NCBI GenBank assembly: GCA_002269645.1 | Contig: NIVC01000507.1 | Location: 310,001-374,000 of the forward strand | Source of the DNA: Macrostomum lignano | Lineage: Eukaryota | Length of the DNA: 64,000 bases | Direction of reading: 5' to 3' | Part shown: piece by piece, positions 28,676 through 41,000 of the stretch | Layout of the letters: each line of letters begins with the position of its first letter | Numbering within the stretch: position 1 is the stretch's first letter | Program-made: the position numbers and the translations under genes | Notes under the pieces: generated by a model | The model's input: only the letters and a program-made list of their open reading frames with translations | What the model was told of the DNA's origin: nothing | Database searches by the model: none

Positions 28676-30448
28676 CTACGAATCTCCAGTAAGGGCGCCG
28701 GCCGTTGTCGCTGGCGGAGCCTCCGAGACCGGATCTGGGGTGACCAGCCTGACGGCTGTGCAATGACGCGAGTTACAGTAACAACGGCGCCAGCTGGAAG
28801 TGCCGACGCGGTGCAGCTTCAAGGAGTTTCCAGACACTCGTTCGACTTTCCAGGCGCCGCTCTCGAAAGGTGTCTGCGCCTTCCGAGCTCTGACGCGACG
28901 CCGCAGCACGACATCATCGACGACTTGGATCCCGCCGCTATGTGGCCTACGCTTTGCGTCTACGTGTCGCTTCATCGCCGTCTTGGCGTTGGCCTCGGTT
29001 TGACGCAGCTGCTGCTTGTTGATTCTGACTCGCTGAGACGGCTTGCTGGCTGGGGTGATGTCATTTGCGCGGCGACCCGTCAGCACCTGTATCTGCTGCT
29101 GCTCCATCAACTTTTGCTGTCTCTGCTGCTGCATTAGCAACTTTTTCTGTCTCTGCTGCTGCTCCAGCAACTTTTGCTGTCTCTGCTGCTGCTCCAGCAG
29201 CTTTCGCTTTTTCTGCTTCTGCTTTAGCAACTTTAGCTGTTTCTGCTGCTGTTCCATCAACTCTTGCCTTCTCTGCTTCTGCTCCATCAACTTTTGCTGT
29301 CTCTGCTGCTCAAACAACTTTAGCTGTCTCTGCTTCTGCTTCAGCAACTTTTGAAGTTTCTGCTGCTGCTCCTGCAACATCCTCTGCTGCTGCTCCTGCA
29401 ACATCCTCTGCTGCTGCTCCTGCAACATCGTCTGCTGCTGCTCCTGCAACATCCTCTGCTGCTGCTCCTGCAAAATCCTCTGCTGCTGCTCCTGCAACAT
29501 CCTCTGCTGCTGCTCCTGCAACATCCTCTGCTGCTGCTCCTGCAACATCCTCTGCTGCTGCTCCTGCAACATCGTCTGCTGCTGCTCCTGCAACATCCTC
29601 TGCTGCTGCTCCTGCAAAATCCTCTGCTGCTGCTCCTGCAACATCCTCTGCTGCTGCTCCTGCAACATCTGCTTTCGCTGCTGCTCCTGCAACATCCTCT
29701 GCTGCTGCTCCAGCAACTTCTGTTTCTTAAGAGCTTCGATAGCATTATTTTTGGCTGGCACATAATGCAGGTGAAAGTTTCCTTGTCCTCTCGCATAGAG
29801 ACAAATTCCTTTGCCAGTAAATGTTCGTCCAAATCCGTACTCCTCCAGTTGCTTCACTGGTCTAATGTCATTATCCATGACAAGAATGAATCCCACACTG
29901 CTCAGCAACTGAGGCAGCTTCACGCCAACTAGACTCAAATTCCTACCAGCGTCGACAAAACTCAGACTGATGATGTCGAATGGTTGAGCCGTTAGCTTTC
30001 GGTCAAGCACAAAGTCCTCCATCGTCATTTCAATGAACTCCCGTCTCGATGTGTTGAAACACCAATCCGATGTGGCCTGTGCGAATTCGCCGTCAAAAGT
30101 GCACCAGTCCCAGGGAAACGCGTCAACTCCAATGCAGCTCAGCTGCAGCAGCCTACCGCCGTGCACCTGACTAACCTCGCCTCTGTGTACAACATCTTTG
30201 ATGGCTCTGACGACTCCAAGCAGGTCGCTGCCGGGACCGCAACCGAGCGACAAGATCCGGATCTCCCGAGGCTGCGGCTCGCTGCACACGGACTGGAGAA
30301 GTTGCTTCACCTCGGTTCGTATTTGCATCCGCATGAGTTCAGACTTACGTATAAAATGTTCTTGTGTATAAGCCTTGCGGAATTCCGGGTTCCTGTAGAA
30401 TCTAAAGTCCCCTTTGTGCTTGGCATCAAGCCATTGCTGGTAGTTCAT
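28676..30448 (-). CDS. Intronless 590-aa ORF: class I SAM-dependent methyltransferase + Gln-rich repeat + retroelement integrase-C-terminus-like domain
   Basis: Motif I ILSLGCGPGSD, post-beta2 IGVD, FDIISLSF; about 14x MLQEQQQR; tail DAKRR..GIQV.D.VLRRR...K..PFESG.WKV..VSGN.L.L. Confidence 0.75.
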   Translation of the reverse strand: MNYQQWLDAKHKGDFRFYRNPEFRKAYTQEHFIRKSELMRMQIRTEVKQLLQSVCSEPQPREIRILSLGCGPGSDLLGVVRAIKDVVHRGEVSQVHGGRLLQLSCIGVDAFPWDWCTFDGEFAQATSDWCFNTSRREFIEMTMEDFVLDRKLTAQPFDIISLSFVDAGRNLSLVGVKLPQLLSSVGFILVMDNDIRPVKQLEEYGFGRTFTGKGICLYARGQGNFHLHYVPAKNNAIEALKKQKLLEQQQRMLQEQQRKQMLQEQQQRMLQEQQQRILQEQQQRMLQEQQQTMLQEQQQRMLQEQQQRMLQEQQQRMLQEQQQRILQEQQQRMLQEQQQTMLQEQQQRMLQEQQQRMLQEQQQKLQKLLKQKQRQLKLFEQQRQQKLMEQKQRRQELMEQQQKQLKLLKQKQKKRKLLEQQQRQQKLLEQQQRQKKLLMQQQRQQKLMEQQQIQVLTGRRANDITPASKPSQRVRINKQQLRQTEANAKTAMKRHVDAKRRPHSGGIQVVDDVVLRRRVRARKAQTPFESGAWKVERVSGNSLKLHRVGTSSWRRCYCNSRHCTAVRLVTPDPVSEAPPATTAGALTGDS

Positions 30449-31044
30449 GATCTTTTGCTCTGGCTTTACTCCTATTCTAAGCTCTCTACTTTGTATCGGC
30501 TTTCATTTGATACGCAGCTATATTAGTTTCTTGGAAATTCTGGGGTCGTACTATAAAGCTGTCGTAGCGTAAGTTCGATCGTACGTCGGAATATTTACAC
30601 TGCAGAGATACGAGCTATGACCGATCTTATCTTACGATGACTTTATAGAACGGTCCTCTCTGTCTCCAAATAACTCCACTGCGAACACATCGCGTACCAT
30701 AAAGGGGACGAAATTATCTGGCAGGTGTTTTATTCTTTGCATCCAGTGTGGTGATAGAATAGGCTTTAGCGGAATGGACGGCGCTCGCCTCCCCGCTGTG
30801 TCTTCAGACCACAGACCAATAAGAACATGTATACTGCTGCTACTTACTGGCCTGTGCTTCGGTCTGCCCTTCAGTTACGTCAAAGTGGTGATAAAAAGTT
30901 ACTCAAAAGCTCAAGTTCACAAGGATTTCTCAGCTCTTTGAATACTTCTCCTTGAAAACAAAACCTACAAAAGGACTACTGATGGATAGGTCGACAGACA
31001 GATAAATACACAGGGTTAGTATACAACTACTTTAACACTGACTA

Positions 31045-31118
31045 GCAAACAAACAAACAAAGAAACTAACTAACTAACGAACAAACTAACTAGCTAACAA
31101 AAAACGAACAAACTAACT
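31045..31118. repeat. CTAA/CAAA-rich microsatellite between the duplicated copies
   Basis: Seen directly in the sequence. Confidence 0.9.
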
Positions 31119-31639
31119 GGTGCCTCCCAAATTCGAGGCCCCTTGTGGCAAATCCTGGCCACGCCCCTCGGTCGGATGTATTTTGAGTTTCCGGCTTCGT
31201 CGTATTTTACAGTCTTGTGTAGTATCGACCCCCTTTGATTGTCGAATTCAAGTATTTGATGGCTCAAGTTTTAATGTGCAAAAATGACTATAAGACACGT
31301 TAGGGAATCCCGCAGCTCATGGACTGATTAGAAGTCCATGTTAGCAACAGATTGGGTCGCAGTTTATGTCAAAGCGCAAAGGTGCATTGATGAATGTTGG
31401 TTTACACATCGAAAATGAAATGAACCAAGCAAATTTATCAAGCATTGTTCATTGGGCCTTTTATTGGGAAGCGATTGCGTTTCATCATCTGTGATGCCGG
31501 TTCTCGCATAGTAGGTGGTCTTTTTCTGCTTAGTATAAGTCGATCCGTTCGCCGTTCTGTACTTCTCTTCGAATATCACCACGGTGCGATCGTTCTGATA
31601 CTCAGTGGACATGCTTGTGAAGACTAGAGTTTTACAGCC

Positions 31640-32085
31640 CCATTGAGCCTTGACATCTCAGCAACTTATCCATTGAGCCATGGCATCTCAGCATCTCCTC
31701 ATTGAGCCATGGCATCTCAGCAACTCCTCATTGAACCATGGCATCTCAGCAACTCATCCATTGAGCCTTGGCATCTCAGCAACTCATCCATTGAGCCTTG
31801 ACATCTCAGCATCTCCTCATTGAGCCATGGCATCTCAGCAACTTATCCATTGAGCCATGGCATCTCAGCATCTCCTCATTGAGCCATGGCATCTCAGCAT
31901 CTCCTCATTGAGCCATGGCATCTCAGCAACTTATCCATTGAGCCATGGCATCTCAGCATCTCCTCATTGAGCCATGGCATCTCAGCAACTCCTCCATTGA
32001 GCCGTGGCATCTCAGCAACTCCTCCATTGAGCCTTGGCATCTCAGCAACTCCTCCATTGAGCCATGGCATCTCAGCAACTTCTTC
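31640..32085. repeat. About 30-bp minisatellite, expanded copy B
   Basis: Seen directly in the sequence. Confidence 0.93.
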
Positions 32086-32557
32086 TTTAAAATGAGTGAA
32101 AACAACGAATATTGAAACGGTTTTTAATTTACTTTCGCTTACATGTATTGATACATAGTGACATACATGTACAAGAGTATGTATGTACTCTCTTACATAC
32201 TTGTAAGAGATAAACAGTAAAGCAGACTCGTGTAGTAAGTAAACTCAGACAGTTATCGCGAGGCGGAAAATAGTACGACTCTCACTAGAGCCCGCAATCT
32301 GTTATTATAGCTACATTTGGGGTGCAAACACCTCTCCGATTATTTATTGATTGGGCGTGGCCCGATATACATAAGTAAAGTTCACGGTAGAGAGGATTTA
32401 AAGTTCGAGCATTACTTTGTGAATAAACAAATTCACAGTTCACAGATATTGACAGTTGACAGAGTGGTTTACACAGTTCGAATCACTTGTACTGCTTCTT
32501 GTCACCGCACTTCGCCGCGCGCGGATGCGGCCGCGTCGCCAGCGGCCCCTCTCGAGT

Positions 32558-33685
32558 CTACGAATCTCCAGTAAGGGCGCCGGCCGTTGTCGCTGGCGGA
32601 GCCTCCGAGACCGGCGGATCTGGGGTGACCAGCCTGACGGCTGTGCAATGACGCGAGTTACAGTAACAACGGCGCCAGCTGGAAGTGCCGACGCGGTGCA
32701 GCCTCAGGGAGTTTCCAGACACTCGTTCAACTTTCCAGGCGCCGCTCTCGAAAGGTGTCTGCGCCTTCCGAGCTCCGACGCGACGCCGCAGCACAACATC
32801 GCCGACCTGGATTCCGCCGCTATGTGGCCTACGCTTAGCGTCTGCGTGTCGCTTCATCGCCGCCTTGGCGTGGGCATCGGTTTGACGCAGCTTCTGCTTC
32901 AGTAAATTTTGCGGTCTCTGCTTCTGCTTCAATAAATTTTGCGGTCTCTGCTGCTTCAGTAACTCTTGCGGTCTCTGCTGCTCCAGCAACTCTTGCTGGC
33001 TTTGCTGCTGCTCCATCAAGTTCTGTTTCTTAAGAGTTTCAATGGCATAATCTTTGGTTGGAACAAGTGATAGGTGAAATTTTCCTTGTTCTCTTGTGTA
33101 CAGACAATTTTTTTTGCCAGTAAATGTTCGTCCAAAAATCCGTACTCCTTCAGTTGCTGCACTGGTCTAATGTCATTATCCATGACAAGAATGAATCCCA
33201 CACTGCTCAGCAACTGAGGCAGCTTCACGCCAACTAGACTCAAATTCCTACCAGCGTCGACAAAACTCAGACTGATGATGTCGAATGGTTGAGCCGTTAG
33301 CTTTCGGTCAAGCACAAAGTCCTCCATCGTCATTTCAATGAACTCCCGTCTCGATGTGTTGAAACACCAATCCGATGTGGCCTGTGCGAATTCGCCGTCA
33401 AAAGTGCACCAGTCCCAGGGAAACGCGTCAACTCCAATGCAGCTCAGCTGCAGCAGCCTACCGCCGTGCACCTGACTAACCTCGCCTCTGTGTACAACAT
33501 CTTTGATGGCTCTGACGACTCCAAGCAGGTCGCTGCCGGGACCGCAACCGAGCGACAAGATCCGGATCTGCCGAGGCTGCGGCTCGCTGCACACGGACTG
33601 CAGAAGTTGCTTCACCTCGGTTCGTATTTGCGTCCGCATGAGTTCAGACTTGCGTATAAACTCTTCTTGTGTATAGGCCTTGCTA
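32558..33685 (-). pseudogene. 5'-truncated, frameshifted paralogue of the methyltransferase chimera
   Basis: Lacks the first ~23 codons; +2 A at about 33135 (CGTCCAAAAATCC vs CGTCCAAATCC) shifts the frame; Gln repeat about 145 bp vs about 720 bp in copy A. Confidence 0.8.
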
Positions 33686-33714
33686 TGGCCTATGATATAG
33701 GCCTAGGCCTTGTG

Positions 33715-33895
33715 ACTAACTGACTAACGAACTGACTAACTGACTGACTAACTAACTGACTGACTAACAAACTAACTGGCTAACAAACTAACTGGCTAAC
33801 TAACTAACTAACTGGCTAACTGACTAACTGGCTAACATTCTAACTGGCTAACAAACTAACTGACTAACTGGCTTACTAACTAACTAACTGTCCCT
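33715..33895. repeat. (CTAA/CTGA/CTGG)n microsatellite
   Basis: Seen directly in the sequence. Confidence 0.95.
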
Positions 33896-34174
33896 GACTG
33901 ACCTACGGGTATAGGAAGCTACGAGTTCTGCCGAAGCAAAAGCTCCATTCTTTTAATTCAAAATCCATTCTATAGGACAGCAACCTGTAAAACTTTATTG
34001 TACCACTTGACTTCCAATCCAAGCTGAGCAGGTCAAATTTTTTTTGCCAGCCATGCAAAATTCACGCTCTACATTCGCTGCTTTCTACATGTCACTTGAC
34101 AGTAGACAAACTAACCAATATCGCCATTAGAATCGCAACAAAGCGGCGTTACTATTGCTTTGACACGGCTGTAC

Positions 34175-34308
34175 GAGGCTGGCCCAGCAATTGAGGATCT
34201 GGGAGGCTGGCCCAGCAATTAAGGATCTGGGAGGCTGGCCCAGCAACTGAGGATCTTGGAGGCTGGCCTAGCAACTGAGGATCTGGGAGACTGGCCCAGC
34301 AACTGGAG
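34175..34308. repeat. 28-bp minisatellite CTGGCCCAGCAACTGAGGATCTGGGAGG
   Basis: About 4.7 copies. Confidence 0.92.
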
Positions 34309-34987
34309 ATGGCGGCGATTTGATCAAAAATTAAATAAATCAGTCGCAGAAACTCAGAAATAGTGAAAAAGAAAAACAACAAATTACTTTCGTTGCGGAA
34401 AACTTTCTAAAAGACGGCATCAAATAAATGCGGATACTGATAAACACAGCACCGTGCTGATTACTAGCAGTAGTATTACTAGCAGGGTATACTTGCAATT
34501 CCAATTGGAGACAAAGTCCTAGAACAGCATTCGATTGAAAAGGTCAGTCGTGGCAAATTAGTATCGTATCGGTCTCTTGTGTAGAAGAACTGGGGTTCGA
34601 TTCTGGTGGGTTAAAAATATTTGATTGGCCAGGTGCAGATGGCAGTGCAGAGTCTTAGACAAAAATGAATTTATATTTACGAGACTGGAAACTGATTTTC
34701 ACATATCGGAACTCCGATATGGATAGATAAATAGATAACGAGGTACTACTTGCAGAAAAGTTATTTTCACAACATATCGGCAGTTGGATACGGATAGATA
34801 AATAGATCTAGGGACACTACTTGCAGACAAATTTATTGACGCAACATATCGGTAAGTTGATAAAATCCTAAAGAAAAGCTCGGAAACAACTCCATTAGAA
34901 TGAAGAAAACTCTAAAAAACGCTTCGATATTGCCTCTGAGGTCCCAGGTTCGATTCTGGGGCTCAGAAAATTAATAAGGCATCAACT

Positions 34988-37241
34988 TCAATCAAGCGGT
35001 CCGGCAGCATCTGACAGCTCAGCCTCGTACCGGTAGATCGGCACCCCTGGCAGGATGATCGACGTAAATTGGTCGGTCCTGATGAAGCCCAGCCTCTCGT
35101 AGATGTCGACGGCGTATTGCTGCAGCTGCGTGGTGCCCAGCTGCATCCGCCGGTAGCCCCGGTTGGCGCACAGTCGCATGAGGCGCCGGCAGACGGCGTC
35201 GCCAACTCCGTGGCCCCGGTAGGCGGGCAGGACGCCGAGGCGCTGCAACTCGCAGGTGTCGCCGTCCAGGTGCAAACTGGCAACTGTGCCGACAAGGGGA
35301 GGCTGCTGCTGGCCGGCTTCGGCTGCATTGGGGTGAATTTGGTGCCATTCTTCAGGGATTTTCAGTTTTTTTATTGAAATCGTCAAGGGCTTATAGCGAT
35401 TTTAAGGTGAAGTGACTCGAGGAGACTCTAAAACGACGAGATTTCACAGTAGTAAGTCGCCAAAAAGTTTTCAAAGAGTCAATTTGCGGCGTTTTGATTG
35501 TCTGCGACTCTGAAATCACTCTGGGGCCGTAGAGTCGCATTTGAGGCGTTTTGATTGTCTGCGACTCTGAAATCACTCTGGGGCCGTAGAGTCGCATTTG
35601 CGGCGTTTTGATTGTCTGCGACTCTGAAATCACTCTGGGGCCGTAGAGTCGCATTTGAGGCGTTTTGATTGTCTGCGACTCTGAAATCACTCTGGGGCCG
35701 TAGAGTCGCATTTGAGGCGTTTTGATTGTCTGCGACTCTGAAATCACTCTGGGGCCGCAGAGTCGCATTTGAGGCGTTTTGATTGTCTGCGACTCTGAAA
35801 TCACTCTGGGGCCGCAGAGTCGCATCTGAGGCGTTTTGATTGTCTGCGACTCTGAAATCACTCTGGGGCCGTAGAGTCGCCTCTGAGGCGTGCCAGAGTC
35901 GCTGAAGAATCACTGAGTTGCGTCTAAATTTAATGAATTATAATCGCATTTTGCATTCATAATAACTCTATTTAGTCTACTCGAGTTAATAAAACGTAAG
36001 CGCTAACACAACTACCTCTTGGACGATTCTACAACTCATGTGATGCACTCCTGACTCTAACAGTCATCTCTCTGTCACATTACAGTCGTTAAAAATTCAA
36101 AAAGTCACCCCAAGAGACACTATATTGAGATATTTACAATAATTCTTCTTTAGCGATTCGGCGCTCACCAGAGTCCAGAAAGACTCCATACAATCGATTT
36201 GGGCCTTCGCCGCACCAGAATTCCGGGAACCTGGCATAGTCAGGCAGCTGGCGTGTGCTGATCAACCAGAGCAGCAGGCGAAGGCTGTGCAGCAGCGCTG
36301 TTGGCGCCAGCGCGCCGGCAAGGAGCCAGGCAACGGGCCGGCGCCACCGCCAAGCGGCCAGGGCGGCGAGGGTGGCGCAGGCGGTTCGAGTCTGCATGCG
36401 CGCGCGAATGAACATGTAACTATATATTGAACTTCTGGACCTCAATTGTACAAAACTGCTAATCGATAATGTATATCTAGCAGCACTACTCGATAATGTA
36501 CATCTGCTAACACTAATCGATAATATACATCTAGCAGCACTAATCGATAATGTAAATCTGCTAACACTAATCGATAATGTACATCTGCTAACACTAATCG
36601 ATAATATACATCTAGCAGCACTAATCGATAATGTACATCTAGCAGCACTACTCGATAATGTACATCTGCTAACACTAATCGATAATATACATCTAGCAGC
36701 ACTAATCGATAATGTAAATCTGCTAACACTAATCGATAATGTACATCTGCTAACACTAATCGATAATATACATCTAGCAGCACTAATCGATAATGTACAT
36801 CTAGCAGCACTAATCGATAACGTACATCTGCTAACACTAATCGATAATGTACATCTAGCAGCACTAATCGATAACGTACATCTGCTAACACTAATCGATA
36901 ATGTACATCTGCTAACACTAATCGATAATGCACATCAGCTAGCACTAATCGATAATGTACATCTAGCAGCACTAATCTATAATGTACATCTGCTAACACT
37001 AATCGATAATGCACATCAGCTAGCACTAATCGATATACCAGACTACAATGAGCTCCGGCTACAAAAATATTCTTACCTGCCAACAGGTGGCAATAATCTC
37101 CGCCAACCGTCTATTAGTCCAAGAATACGGCATTAAAGCGATCCAAAAATACTCTTCAGCTTCCTTGGCCGTAAGCAGACGCATTCTCAGTTTGAGACCG
37201 GTCCGACACACTAGCTGCTCTTCCTTAGCCTGGTCTTCCAT
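34988..37241 (-). CDS. NAT8/camello-like membrane GNAT acetyltransferase (about 240 aa); exons 37241-37077, 36391-36169, 35322-34988
   Basis: Phase-consistent splicing; hydrophobic segment ([25 protein letters not shown]) before a GNAT core [23 protein letters not shown]...[19 protein letters not shown]. Confidence 0.85.
35480..35895. repeat. 57-bp minisatellite with internal hairpin (NAT intron 2)
   Basis: About 7 copies, each with TGCGACTCT...AGAGTCGCA. Confidence 0.95.
36455..37035. repeat. 27-bp minisatellite CTAATCGATAATGTACATCTGCTAACA (NAT intron 1)
   Basis: About 21 copies. Confidence 0.96.
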
Positions 37242-37484
37242 GCTGCCCGATATTAGTTGCTGCAGGCACGAATTGGAGAGAAAGAGAACAGTGAGTAGCA
37301 GGCTGAGGGCAAACTTATATCTGAGATATCTTAGAACGCAACCTATGCCCCCGCGGAAATCTGTTATATGCAGCCTGTTATAGGCTACCAGTTCCAAGCT
37401 TACACGCGCAGGTTGGCAAAATTTATAAAAAGCTGTGCTAAACTGTTTTTGAGACACCTGAATCGCCTGATACGGTAGAGATAG

Positions 37485-37775
<291 letters not shown>

Positions 37776-38054
37776 CTTAAAGCTGGGATATAGATACATA
37801 TTGCTACGGAAATAAAAAAGGAAGACCAATTATGTAATAAATAACGTTATCCAGAGTGTAGCTAAATAATATATTTACTGATAAAATTTAAACGTATCAT
37901 AATTTACTATTAGTAGTATCTACTAAAGTAAACGTGTACACTGGAATGAATTATTAGAAAAGTATCAGAAAAAAGAATAAAGAATTTAGTTATAAAAAAT
38001 CACTGAGTGATAGAGATCAGTCGGCCTCCAGTCAAGTTCCCAGCTTTAACGTGT

Positions 38055-41000
38055 TTAAGAATAATTTTCGAGATTGGGGTACAGGCGGAACGCTTTCCTA
38101 TACAGCTTCACCGCCTCATCCGCTTGACCTCGGCTTTCCAGCCTCTCTGCCTCCTGTTGCAGACGCAGCGCCTCGCGAAATTTCTCGTCAGACTGTGGTG
38201 CGGCGGTGATGCGCCTGTGAAATGCATTTTTTTATTTATTGAATTGTTTATTTATTGTGTCCTCACTATTTTCTAGTGTAGTTGCATGTTTGAACACGCT
38301 TTTGTGCACGATGCATCAAAGATGTACATGAAGCATCTAATTATGTACATGATGCATCAATGATGTACATGATGCATCTAATTATGTACATGATGCATCA
38401 ATGATGTACATGATGCATCTACTATGTACATGAAGCATCTTATGATGTACATGATGCATCAATGATGTACATGATGCATCAATGATGTACATGATGAATC
38501 TAATTTATACATGAAGCATCTAATTATGTACAAAATGCATCCATGATGTACATGGAGCATCTAATTATGTACATGATGCATCTAATTATGTACATGATGC
38601 ATCTAATTATGTACACGATGCATCAATGATGTACACGATGCATCAATGATGTACATGATGCATCAATGATGTACATTTTGCATCAATGATGTACATGATG
38701 AATCTAATTTATACATGAAGCATCTAATTATGTACAAAATGCATCCATGATGTACATGGAGCATCTAATTATGTACATGAAGCATCTAATTATGTACATG
38801 AAGCATCTAATTATGTACATGATGCATCAATGATGTACATGATGCATCAATGATGTACATTATGCATCAATGATGTACATGATGAATCTAATTTATACAT
38901 GAAGCATCTAATTATGTACAAAATGCATTCATGATGTACATGGAGCATCTAATTATGTGCATGATGCAATAGTGATCTACATGATGCATCAATGATGTAC
39001 ATGATGCATTTAGTTTTGTGCATGATGCAAATTATTACCTGTACATGATGTCGCTGCGCAGGATGTACTTCACTCCGGCTGCCAGCCGCTCGCCCTCATG
39101 CAGACGATAGTGGTTGAACACCAGCAGGGAACCGCGCTCCGGATGCACCTGGCAGATGATCTGGGATTGAGGTGCTGACATTCGCTGCCGTTCCGTACCG
39201 TCCGATTCGGTGGCCGACTCTGTTGTTGAAATTAGCGACGACAGGGACAGGCCGTCGTCAAGAAAATTTGTGGCGCCACCGTCGCTAGCAGGATTGTCGG
39301 TGAGGTACACCATGAAGGTCTGCATCGATCTGCGATATAAAGATGACCTTAGACAATGTCAGGTGTTCTCAAAATTAAGACGACCTCAGATAACATGTAA
39401 TGTCAAATGACCTCAGATAATGTCAAATGATTTCAGATAATGTCAAATGACCTCAGATAATGTCAAATGACCTCAGATAATGTCAAATGACCTCAGATAA
39501 TGTCAAATGACCTCAGATAATGTCAAATGACCTCAGATAATGTCAAATGACCTCAGATAATGTCAAATGACCTCAGATAATGTCAAATGACCTCAGATAA
39601 TGTCAAATGACCCCAGATAATGTCAAATGACCTCAGATAATGTCAAATGACCTCAGATAATGTCAAATGACCTCAGATAATGTCAAATGACCTCAGATAA
39701 TGTCAAATGACCTCAGATAATGTCAAATGACCTCAGATAATGTCAAAAAGTCTCAGATAATGTCAAAAAGTCTCAGATAATGTCAAAAAGTCTCAGATAA
39801 TGTCAAAAAGTCTCAGATAATGTCAAAAAGTCTCAGATAATGTCAAATAGTGTCAGATAATGTCAAATGACCTCAGATAATATCAAAAAGTCTTAGATAA
39901 TGTCAGGTGACTTTAGATAATGTCACATACCTCAAAAGGTCAGGTGACCTCATATGTCAGGCTAGGACAGTGTTAACTAAGGTCATGCAAGGTCAAACAG
40001 CGCACCTGCAGGCGTCATCGTGCACCAGAAGCCCGTCGTAGTGCGGCGAGAAATGCTGCCCAGGATGGTAGCGACACAGCCGAAGCACCGGGTTCAAACA
40101 GTAGGGCTCCCAGTTGCCCTTCAGCAGCCAGGGTGCACCGTAGACTCGATGACTTGTTATTGGATCGTCCTGACCATTAAAGGTCAGCTTGTCAGGCAGA
40201 TACGGCCTCAGCCGGAGGAACATTTGCCTAGCCAGCTCGGGCTCGTGCAGCACTAGTCGATGGCAGCTGCGGTACTCCTGACGGAAGAACGGAGTGGGCT
40301 TGAGACCACCGGAGGCTTCGGCGCTGTCCACGAGACGCTGGCACTCGGCTATAGATGCGGACGGCGAGATAAAAAAATTTTATTTATAAAAATGTTAGCA
40401 ACTTCGACGGCACTTTGATCCTAAAAGTACATTTGGAACTTCAACGGCACATGAATCTTAAAAGTACACTTGGAACTTCAACGGCACATGAATCTTAAAA
40501 GTACACTTGGAACTTTAGTGGCTCTTTAATATTAAAAGTACATTTGAATCTTCGGGTGGCTCATTAATCTTAAAAGTACATTTGGAACTTCGGGCGGCAC
40601 AAAAATCTTAAAAGTACATTTGGAACTTAGGTGGCTCTTTAATCTTAAAAGTACTTTTGAAACTTCGACGGCCTTGATATTAAAAGTACATTTGGAACTT
40701 TGGCGGTAATTTGATTTTAAACGTACTTTTGGAACTTTGCGCCGTTGTTGACCTATAATCTCGCATTAAATTATGATTTTGCGGCGCTTTAATAGGAAGT
40801 TTTTTGCCTTACCTGGACTGAGAAAGCCGCGCAAAACGAAGCCTTGATTCCCAAAATCGCTAATTGGCACGCGGCAGATACCGGCGGCTTCAACAGATTC
40901 GTCTGGGTCGAGCTCAACGCCTAGAGATTGTACATCACCGACCTCCGCAGCGGAGACTTCACTGCGGAATTGATCGTACAGGGCCTGATAGATCGTTAAA

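Larger units (their letters stand above)
27190..33690. repeat. Tandem segmental duplication: copy A about 27190-30370, copy B about 31135-33690, separated and bounded by CTAA-rich tracts
   Basis: Collinear shared blocks: TCCTGG.TACGCCCCT end, orphan exon-like segment, 30-bp minisatellite, 3' flank and methyltransferase ORF. Confidence 0.92.

Noticed and set aside
28676-30448. Complete LTR retrotransposon carrying the methyltransferase
   Set aside because: No gag, protease, RT, integrase core, PBS or matching 5' LTR upstream.
33125-33145. Programmed ribosomal frameshift in methyltransferase copy B
   Set aside because: Copy A is in frame at the same site and copy B is also 5'-truncated; a homopolymer mutation or sequencing error is simpler.
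35480-35895. CRISPR-like array (also considered for 1-2258)
   Set aside because: Units are contiguous near-identical repeats with no unique spacers and no cas genes, in an intron-containing eukaryotic context.
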